From the NCBI GenBank assembly GCA_038207085.1, contig JBBRAE010000001.1, positions 96,001 through 160,000 on the forward strand: 64,000 nt of DNA, in the 5' to 3' direction. This document shows positions 19,828 to 27,415 of this stretch, piece by piece. Both the position numbers and the translations under genes were made by a program. The notes below the pieces were generated by a model. That model saw only the letters and a program-made list of their open reading frames with translations, did no database searches and was not told the origin of the DNA. Source of the DNA: Armatimonadota bacterium (lineage in GTDB: Bacteria; Armatimonadota; UBA5829; DTLH01). Position 1 is the first letter of the stretch, and every line of letters begins with the position of its first letter.

Positions 19828-20814
19828 ATGAAACACACCAATCGATTCCTCGTGCCCGCACTGATTACGGTGCTGGCTGTTACGGCGCAGGCCGCGACTG
19901 TTATCCAGAAGGGCACCGTTATCCCTGTCACGATGGACAAAGCGCTAAGCTCTGCGACCGCCCGAGCCGGCAGCACATTCTACGCGCACCACAACGGCGT
20001 CAACGGCGCTGGTTTCCCGGAGAACACACAGTTTACCGGCAAAGTGGAGTCCGTCACCCGTGCTTCAGGCAAGGATGCGGGGCAGATTGACGTAGAGTTC
20101 GTATCGGTCAAACTTCCTGGTGGCGCATGGGTGCCCATAGAGGGTCAGCTTACATCCCTGGACAACAAGAGCGTCAAGCTCGATGACGCCACAGGCACGC
20201 TTGTAGGCACCAAAGAGAGCAACAACCGGACCAAGTTCATCGCGATCGGCGCAGGGGCAGGGCTCTTGATCGGTCAGCTTGCAAACAAGCATGCCGCCAT
20301 TGGTGGGATACTCGGCGCGGCTGCGGGATACTTCTATGGTGAGAAAACAGCCAAGGCTGCTGTCGGTAAGAACGTTGTGGTTGCAGCGGGCACGCGATTC
20401 GGCATACTTCTTGAGAAAGATGTAACCCTTCAGAGCTCCAGTTCTGCACTCAGCCCCGGCTCGTTTGGAGCAGGCACGGGTTCGGCTTCAGGCTGGGAAG
20501 TAGCCTTCGATGGCCTTCAGCCAAGAATGAGTGGAAACGATCTGATGGTGCCGTTCCGCTCCGTGATGAACTCGATCGGTATCCCGTTTAGCTATAATTC
20601 AGCGAGCAGGCAGATCAGCGTCAACGACTACGAGGCAGAGGCGCTGCACACCGTGGGGACGAGAATCATAGAGCTTAACGGTGTGGACACCAGGATGGAT
20701 ACCCCGTCCCGTTTAATAAATGGAGCGCTCTACGTTCCTGCAAGCTACATTGAGCTGCTGACCAACAGAACAGCCTACTGGAACCAGAACTCCCGAATTC
20801 TCCGAATAGAATAG
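19828..20814 (+). CDS. Secreted protein with glycine-zipper segment and C-terminal copper-amine-oxidase N-terminal-like (stalk) domain
   Basis: Signal peptide; IGAGAGLLIGQLA...GGILGAAAGY; LMVPFRSV...INGALYVPA...YWNQ. Confidence 0.7.
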   Translation: MKHTNRFLVPALITVLAVTAQAATVIQKGTVIPVTMDKALSSATARAGSTFYAHHNGVNGAGFPENTQFTGKVESVTRASGKDAGQIDVEFVSVKLPGGAWVPIEGQLTSLDNKSVKLDDATGTLVGTKESNNRTKFIAIGAGAGLLIGQLANKHAAIGGILGAAAGYFYGEKTAKAAVGKNVVVAAGTRFGILLEKDVTLQSSSSALSPGSFGAGTGSASGWEVAFDGLQPRMSGNDLMVPFRSVMNSIGIPFSYNSASRQISVNDYEAEALHTVGTRIIELNGVDTRMDTPSRLINGALYVPASYIELLTNRTAYWNQNSRILRIE

Positions 20815-20891
20815 GAGCGCCTTGGGCGCTGGGCAAACGGCAGCACTGTAAGGGTGAAGGGATGCATAAAGGCAAATCGAAGGTCAATTGA

Positions 20892-21086
20892 ATGACGGCC
20901 AGTGCCCCTCCAAGGAGAAAGCAACTGTCACAACAGATACTTGAGACGCTGACCATCAGCAAGGATATAGCCGCAGGCAACTATCCGACCAGCCAGGAGT
21001 CTGAAACCGCCTTCAGAGAGTTGGAGAGATTCGAAAAGCTTGTCCATTTGGGCAAAGACTACTACTCCGAGGAAGACGAGGCCTGA
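20892..21086 (+). CDS. Small hypothetical protein or gene remnant
   Basis: 64-aa ORF in the same orientation as its neighbours; no confident motif. Confidence 0.3.
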   Translation: MTASAPPRRKQLSQQILETLTISKDIAAGNYPTSQESETAFRELERFEKLVHLGKDYYSEEDEA

Positions 21087-21202
21087 GCAGTATCAGATGG
21101 GGAGTATTGGGCGATGGGCTCGCGGGCCGATCGCCCAATACAGACGTGGTGGGATATTACGGCAAGCTCGGTCTATATGGCCGGCAAAGGACAGACACCC
21201 AA

Positions 21203-21643
21203 ATGGATGATAATGATAATAGACCAATAACACCCGAGGAGGCTAATGCGCTTCACGCGAAGGCCGCAGGGGCTGCCATAGAACGAGACGTGGCGATCAT
21301 TGTTGCTGCGCGGGCATCGGCAAACGAGGCCACGGCCAAAGAGGCCGCAAGTATTCAGAGTGTGGCAGCGCGCAGCGCTGAGGTGCAGGCGTCCGAGATG
21401 AACACACTCAGGCATGTGGCAAATGCAAGAGCCGACCAGGAGGCGCAGAGCGCGGAGACGTCCAGGTTCGGATTCTATCTGCTGACCGGTATCATCCTGT
21501 CGGCGGTCGTGGTGGTGGTCATTTGGCTGGCGACCCGGGCTCCGGAAACGAACGTGTCCGGCCCAAGTGGCGTGTATATGCCAGGACAGACCGGGCAAAC
21601 CTCAACGACACCGTCCAGCCACCAGTCCACCGACGGGCAATGA
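21203..21643 (+). CDS. Hypothetical single-pass membrane protein with Ala-rich helical N-terminus
   Basis: TM segment FGFYLLTGIILSAVVVVVIWLA; ATG 21203 follows AAGGA (ORF track starts at 21107). Confidence 0.55.
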   Translation: MDDNDNRPITPEEANALHAKAAGAAIERDVAIIVAARASANEATAKEAASIQSVAARSAEVQASEMNTLRHVANARADQEAQSAETSRFGFYLLTGIILSAVVVVVIWLATRAPETNVSGPSGVYMPGQTGQTSTTPSSHQSTDGQ

Positions 21644-21791
21644 GTCGTGGGTTCTGAGCCCAAGGGTGGGCGATAGTTGAATGTAAATGCCGTGGTGGGC
21701 ATAACGGGATTACCCCACCCACTGCGGCCTGACGGAAGTTAGATTTCCGTCTGTTGCGGGTCGGCGAAAGCCGTGCAAGGAGCAGCGAAAG

Positions 21792-22064
21792 ATGATTACC
21801 GAGTGGTCCCAGCAAAAGCTTCAACTTGGGCAACTGATAATACAGAGCCAACGTTACCTGACTACATTCCGCTGGCTGTGGCTGCTGAATCTGGCGGCGG
21901 CGACTAGCGGGGTAGCCACACGTCACTACGCGTTGACTGTCGTTGCGGCTGCATCATCATTCATCGCACTCATCGGGGTGGCCTTTGCTCGAATAGGACA
22001 GAAGACCGTGTCAGAGACAGCCATAGAATCTCAAAGAATTCAGTATAAATTGGAGCCACATTAG
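21792..22064 (+). CDS. Small hypothetical membrane protein (2 TM)
   Basis: SD AAGGAG 9 nt upstream; two hydrophobic segments. Confidence 0.5.
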   Translation: MITEWSQQKLQLGQLIIQSQRYLTTFRWLWLLNLAAATSGVATRHYALTVVAAASSFIALIGVAFARIGQKTVSETAIESQRIQYKLEPH

Positions 22065-22245
22065 CGTTTGGCCTTGCGCTGCCAATGGCAGGTCAATATT
22101 TCCGCCCCACGAGCCAGTAACTTCAGGATTGCATCGACTTCCGCTTCCGCTTCCTTCGCCAGTTTATCTGCATGTGCCTTCAGGTCCGGGTACCTGTGGG
22201 GCTATTGGCCTACAGGCCCATCCTTTCTTTGGAGAATTGGTGGAA

Positions 22246-22362
22246 TTGAAAAAAGGATTCACGCTCACTGAACTGCTCGCGGCCATCGCCATAATAGCGA
22301 TCTTGGCCGCGGTCATGTTTCCTGTGTTTTCGAACACGCGACAGACCGCGTGCTTGTATGAT
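22246..22362 (+). pseudogene. Degenerate prepilin-type N-terminal cleavage/methylation domain (DUF1559-like) gene remnant
   Basis: [37 protein letters not shown] resembles the family consensus [38 protein letters not shown] with an internal deletion; no recognisable downstream part. Confidence 0.7.
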
Positions 22363-22504
22363 ATGATATTTCTGGGAAAGTTAAGGCTGCGTGGGCTGCC
22401 ATATCTGGACCGATATATTTCGCGCCGATCAACTGTGTGCTGTGCACCGAGGCAATCCAGCACACCAACCTATTGTGCGGCCCTATTTGAAGGGAGAGTC
22501 AGTA

Positions 22505-25500
22505 TTGAAGAATAGATGTCTGAAAGCCAAATGGACGCGGGCGTGCGAATCTCTGGTCTTTGTCAGTGTGTTCATCGGATTGTGTCTGCCGGTGTTCGCC
22601 GAGAATCCGCCAGCCAACTTTCCACCGCCTACGGAATGGCAAGAGATGTCCGGTGCGCCAACCGCGCCGGGCGATTCCTATTCGGAATCATTCGGCTCTG
22701 CAACCCCGAACGCCAACGCTCCAGTGATTTCCGAATGGAACCTTACCGCCAAGCCGAACGAGACGTTCACTCTAACCGGAACCCGATTCACAAGTCGGAG
22801 CGGAGCACTGGCAGGCAGCGATATCACGGTATGGATTTGGGCCTGGAATGGCACGAGCGGCACGCTCCGCCAGTGCAAGATATGGAAGACCTACGGCGAC
22901 TACCTCATAATGGCCTGCATTCCGAGCGACGTTCCTTTTGGCCAGTATCTTGTGTGGGTTGAGAATCAGGACGGCGTCAGCGCCCCTGTCTGCATCAACA
23001 AGCCGCAGGCGGAGTGGATAGGTCCGCTTGGTCCTTATGCTGCAGCAGGGGACACAAAGCGCGTCTTCGGCAAGAACCTCTCAACTGGGCACGGCACAGC
23101 AACCTCCTTCGTCTATATTCAACCGGCGGCGGGCGGTAGCTTCACCCCCTGCAATGTGACGAATGTCGAGCCCTGTGCTGTTGCCTTCACCATACCGGCA
23201 GGCACAGCTAACGGCAGCTACAAAGTCTTCGTCCATTCCGGTCACGGCGGAAGATACGGCTGGAGCAAGCCCCTCGATCTGACAGTCCAAGGCAACTGGG
23301 TCCGTGGGACGGGCGTATATAACCTGAGTCCAAGCGGTGGCAATGACGCGACGGCGCTCCAAAACGCGATCAACACCGTAAGCGCGTGGACGAACGGGGG
23401 AACCGTCCAACTCGCAAACGGCAGTTATTCCTGCACAAGCACCGTCACAATGAAGAACAACGTCCGCCTCGCCGGCGCGGACAAGACGCTGACGACGGTC
23501 ATCTTCTCGGGATGCAACCTGGAGCTTTCCAATGGTGGGGCGAACCATCTAGCAATCGAGAACATGAATATCATGCCTGCATCCGGTACGTCGTTCAGTA
23601 TGCTATCCCGGTCTGTGAGCGGAGGGAGCTACAACAACGACGTCCTGGTTAGAAACGTCGATTTCAAGTGCAATACCGACGCGGTTTCCAGCGTCCACAC
23701 ATATTTTATGGTTGACCGATTCGAGTCGGATAACTGCACCTGGCAAGGAGCACTTGCCGGCGACGGCCGCGACTGGTACATTCACAACAACACCCTGCAT
23801 GGCGGACGCGGAGACACCGATGGCTGTATGGCACTCCAGCAGGGTGGGACAACCCCTCACGGGCGGTACGTCATCGAATACAACGCGGCCTCTACCCCCG
23901 CCTGGCCAAACCAGGGCGGCAACCGCAACTACAAGGAGTACCTGACCACGGCACAATGGAACCAGCTCATCTGGTGCGCAAGGCTGATCTATTTCCAGAT
24001 GGGATGCGACAGCTACGAGAACTCTTACATCTCGCACAACACCACACAAGACGTGGCGATAGATGACAATAAGGGTGAGACGATCCTCTTGCACAGCTCC
24101 GAAGCCTACAAATACGCCCAGGTTGCGAGCAACTCCGGCAGGACGCTCACTATCAGGACTGATGGCAAGATCGACGGCAATGCAGGATTCACCATAGACG
24201 CGGCCGCATATGCTCCCATGACCAGCGTGCCGAACACTATCGTCTGGGGGGTATCGGGAATCGACGATCGGGCCTACGTCCAGATATGCTACGGGACCGG
24301 CATCGGACAGATTCGGAGGATCGCCTCGCACACGGCGACGACGATCACCGTAGATTCTGATTGGCGGGTGCCTCCGGCGGCTGACTCCCGCATCCAGATC
24401 AACTATATCTACAGAAATCACATCCAATATCAGAATACGTTCAACGCGATGCCGGTAGGATTTGTCAACAAGGGCCACTGTGCGAGTTATGCCGTCAATT
24501 ACGACGGAGGGTGCTTCGGCTGCGTTGCCGAGGGCAACACTAGCAACAGGACGTTCTATGGCGATGCCCTGCAGGGGTACACCGCCAATCCATCCTACTT
24601 CAACGAGATGCGCAATGATGCGAACTACGCGCCGCTGTCTACAGGCAGCGGCATATGCGCGCGGACGACCTACCAGTGGTACGCGGCAAGCGGATCCGTT
24701 GTGGGGCCCGAAGTGATCGGGTGCTACATCCGGGGTGCGATAGAAAAGAAGGGCATTTCGTCTACCTCAATTTCAGACGTCTTGACATCCAATTCAAGGC
24801 ATCTGATCGGCTGTGCGATAGAGGGCACTGCGGTTACCGGAGGCACGAGCAGCGGGAATCTCGATGACACACTTCTTCGCAACAACAGCTTCACCATCAA
24901 TGGCACGAAAGTGGCAATGCAATCCGGCTCTCAGTTGAACCTCGTGGGAAACACCTACTCAGGCACCGGAACAAAGTATAGCGGCACGGTATCTTTCAAG
25001 GACCGGCCGACGCCGGAGTACAGGGTCGCGCATTTCACAGGTATATCGGGTGCAACACTTAGCCCCGTGGTCATCCCGATAGCGAACCTCGGCATCCAGA
25101 ACAGCGTGTGGAGCATCACAGGAACCAGCAACACGTGGATCACGGCATCTGTGGTATCGGGAGGAACGATAGCTCCCGAAGCCGAGACAGGCCAACTGAG
25201 GGTGAGTGTCAACACGTCAGGCATGAGCCAAGGTGTCTATTGGGGCACCGTAAACCTGACCACGACCAACGGTGTCAACTTCTACGTGGGCGTTGAACTG
25301 GACTTGACCTCTGGTAATGGGCCAGAGATAGACGTACAGGGCGGAGGAGTCTCCATATCTGACGGCAGCGCGTCCCCGAACTTGTCCGACGGCACGGACT
25401 TTGGCGGATCCAATCTCGGAAACAGCGTTGATCGGACGTTCACAATCGCAAACCCCGGCAACATAGGGCTAAACCTTACAGGCACGCCCAGGGTCACAGT

Positions 25501-27409
25501 TAGCGGCACGAATGCATCCGACTTCGCAATTACAACCCAACCAGCCTCTACGGTCAACGCAGGGGGCAGCACGACGTTCGTGGTTCAGTTTACCCCGTCT
25601 GGCCTGGGCATAAGAGCAGCGAGAGTCAACATCCCGAGCGAAGACGCGAACGAGAACCCGTTCGACTTCGCGGTTCAGGGCACAGGCACGATTCTCACCA
25701 CTACGTCGACTAAGATCAACTGCGGAGGCAGCGCAGTAAGCGCCTGGGCGGCCGATGCCGGATACAATGGCGGCGCGGTAATCTCGACGCCGGACACGGT
25801 GGACACTTCAACCGTCACGAACCCCGGCCCACAGGAGGTCTATCAGACCGCGAGAACCGGTGAATGCGCCTACTATGTCACGGGGCTGATTCCGGGTGGC
25901 GATTACAACGCTCGTCTTCACTTTGCCGAGCTGACCGCATCGGCCGTAGGCGACCGGCGGTTCAATGTGAAGGTGAATGGCACTCAAGTGCTTGGCAACT
26001 ATGATATATTCGCCGAGGTGGGCGCCGACAGCGCGATGATCAAGGAGTTCACGACCGCTACGGACTCCGCGGGTCAGATCGTGATCGAATTCAGCAAGGG
26101 AACGACGGGGACGGACCCCATCGTGAACGGCATTGAGATCACTGCGTCTCCCATCCAGCGCCCGCCGTCCGCAGGGCTCGTACTGTGGCTGAGAAGCGAC
26201 GCCGGGATCACTGCGACAGACGGTAAGGTATCGGACTGGGTCGATCAGTCGGGTGCGAACTTCACCGTGTCACAAACGAACCCATTCTATAGACCAGGCT
26301 ACGTGGAGAATGCGGTGAACGGAAGGCCCGTTGTCCGTTTCGCGGGCAGCAACATCGTTCTCTCGAGCACGTCCGGGGTTCTAACAGGCAACACCGCGTT
26401 TACGGCGTTCGCAGCATTCCGAGAGGACACACTTTCGGCCAACTATAACTATCAGTTCATCTGGTGGCTCGGACTCGACAACTCGAACGCAGGATACGGA
26501 CAATGGTTATCACTTGCCAGCAAGATCAGATGTGGCTGGGGCAACTGGAGCGCCTACCTATCCCCAACTGATGCCGTAACCGCCGACACGTGGTACCGGG
26601 TGGCTTCGAAGTTCAGTGGCGGGTCGACCGGTACCCAGGACCTATGGGTCAACGGCGCGTGGATCGCCAGGAACACCAAACCCGGGTCCAATCTGGGCTC
26701 AGGATTCGCTGTCGGCAACTATGCGTCATCAGCCTCGTACCAGGGATTCATTGGCGATATAGCTGAGATACTGATCTACTCACGAAGTCTCTCGGACACC
26801 GACATAGTCGCGGTAGACACATATCTAGCATCACACTGGACACCAGCGCCGCCGATCACCATCACCCGGCTCTCAGACATCCCGGCACTCTCAGATGGCA
26901 CAGTTGTATCGATCACTGAGGCAAAGACGGCTGTTGTGCCGTCCGGCACATTCACGGACGGCTGTATCTATATTGAGGATCCCGACCGTTCATCCGCCGT
27001 AAAGGTCAAGGGAGTGACCGCCGCCCTTTGGGATAGCCTCCTTCTGACCGGTACCGTGATGAGCGACGTTACAGGCGAAAAGTACCTGCAGGTTAAGACG
27101 GTCAATTCACGAGCCCAGGGAAGTGAAATCCTGGCGCTTGGGATGACAAACAAAACGATGTCCGCCACGGGCAGACTCGTCAGGGTTTGGGGGCGTGTTT
27201 CCGACAAGTCATTCGTCCAATTCACGCTCGACGATGGAAGTGGCGCTCCGGTTCTAGTGAAGTTGACAGACGTGAACCGACAGTTGGCCGATGCGGTCCA
27301 CGACGGCAGCTATGTCGCTGTAACGGGCGTCGCCACGGCGTCCTCCGGAGGTGGGGTCGCGCTTAGACCGAGAAACGATGCCGATATCACGGTGATTTTG
27401 GAGTTCTGA
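22505..27409 (+). CDS. Giant secreted multidomain protein: pectin-lyase-like beta-helix, Ig/BACON-like, choice-of-anchor D (ASH), malectin, LamG-like, and C-terminal tandem OB-like domain
   Basis: NDATALQNAIN...GGTVQLANGSY (beta-helix start); PEIDVQG...GTDFG...RTFTIAN (ASH); INCGG...YQTAR...LHFAE...RRFNV (malectin); LVLWLRSDAG...IAEILIY (LamG). TTG 22505 after GGGAG (ORF track starts at 22391). Confidence 0.8.
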   Translation: MKNRCLKAKWTRACESLVFVSVFIGLCLPVFAENPPANFPPPTEWQEMSGAPTAPGDSYSESFGSATPNANAPVISEWNLTAKPNETFTLTGTRFTSRSGALAGSDITVWIWAWNGTSGTLRQCKIWKTYGDYLIMACIPSDVPFGQYLVWVENQDGVSAPVCINKPQAEWIGPLGPYAAAGDTKRVFGKNLSTGHGTATSFVYIQPAAGGSFTPCNVTNVEPCAVAFTIPAGTANGSYKVFVHSGHGGRYGWSKPLDLTVQGNWVRGTGVYNLSPSGGNDATALQNAINTVSAWTNGGTVQLANGSYSCTSTVTMKNNVRLAGADKTLTTVIFSGCNLELSNGGANHLAIENMNIMPASGTSFSMLSRSVSGGSYNNDVLVRNVDFKCNTDAVSSVHTYFMVDRFESDNCTWQGALAGDGRDWYIHNNTLHGGRGDTDGCMALQQGGTTPHGRYVIEYNAASTPAWPNQGGNRNYKEYLTTAQWNQLIWCARLIYFQMGCDSYENSYISHNTTQDVAIDDNKGETILLHSSEAYKYAQVASNSGRTLTIRTDGKIDGNAGFTIDAAAYAPMTSVPNTIVWGVSGIDDRAYVQICYGTGIGQIRRIASHTATTITVDSDWRVPPAADSRIQINYIYRNHIQYQNTFNAMPVGFVNKGHCASYAVNYDGGCFGCVAEGNTSNRTFYGDALQGYTANPSYFNEMRNDANYAPLSTGSGICARTTYQWYAASGSVVGPEVIGCYIRGAIEKKGISSTSISDVLTSNSRHLIGCAIEGTAVTGGTSSGNLDDTLLRNNSFTINGTKVAMQSGSQLNLVGNTYSGTGTKYSGTVSFKDRPTPEYRVAHFTGISGATLSPVVIPIANLGIQNSVWSITGTSNTWITASVVSGGTIAPEAETGQLRVSVNTSGMSQGVYWGTVNLTTTNGVNFYVGVELDLTSGNGPEIDVQGGGVSISDGSASPNLSDGTDFGGSNLGNSVDRTFTIANPGNIGLNLTGTPRVTVSGTNASDFAITTQPASTVNAGGSTTFVVQFTPSGLGIRAARVNIPSEDANENPFDFAVQGTGTILTTTSTKINCGGSAVSAWAADAGYNGGAVISTPDTVDTSTVTNPGPQEVYQTARTGECAYYVTGLIPGGDYNARLHFAELTASAVGDRRFNVKVNGTQVLGNYDIFAEVGADSAMIKEFTTATDSAGQIVIEFSKGTTGTDPIVNGIEITASPIQRPPSAGLVLWLRSDAGITATDGKVSDWVDQSGANFTVSQTNPFYRPGYVENAVNGRPVVRFAGSNIVLSSTSGVLTGNTAFTAFAAFREDTLSANYNYQFIWWLGLDNSNAGYGQWLSLASKIRCGWGNWSAYLSPTDAVTADTWYRVASKFSGGSTGTQDLWVNGAWIARNTKPGSNLGSGFAVGNYASSASYQGFIGDIAEILIYSRSLSDTDIVAVDTYLASHWTPAPPITITRLSDIPALSDGTVVSITEAKTAVVPSGTFTDGCIYIEDPDRSSAVKVKGVTAALWDSLLLTGTVMSDVTGEKYLQVKTVNSRAQGSEILALGMTNKTMSATGRLVRVWGRVSDKSFVQFTLDDGSGAPVLVKLTDVNRQLADAVHDGSYVAVTGVATASSGGGVALRPRNDADITVILEF

Positions 27410-27415
27410 GGCGCA

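Noticed and set aside
20892..21086. Weak GntR-like start (QLSQQILETL..DIAAGNYP)
   Set aside because: No recognisable HTH (LPSE, VSR.TVR) follows, so it cannot be supported.
21729..21770. CTGACGG...CGAAA as a hammerhead ribozyme, or a c-di-GMP/SAM riboswitch
   Set aside because: The core should be CUGANGA and the stems do not match hammerhead topology. Riboswitch consensus elements are missing.
22062..22200. Minus-strand start-less frame (HRYPDLKAHADKLAKEAEAEVDAILKLL...)
   Set aside because: Looks protein-like but has no start codon and no recognisable family. At most an unassignable remnant.
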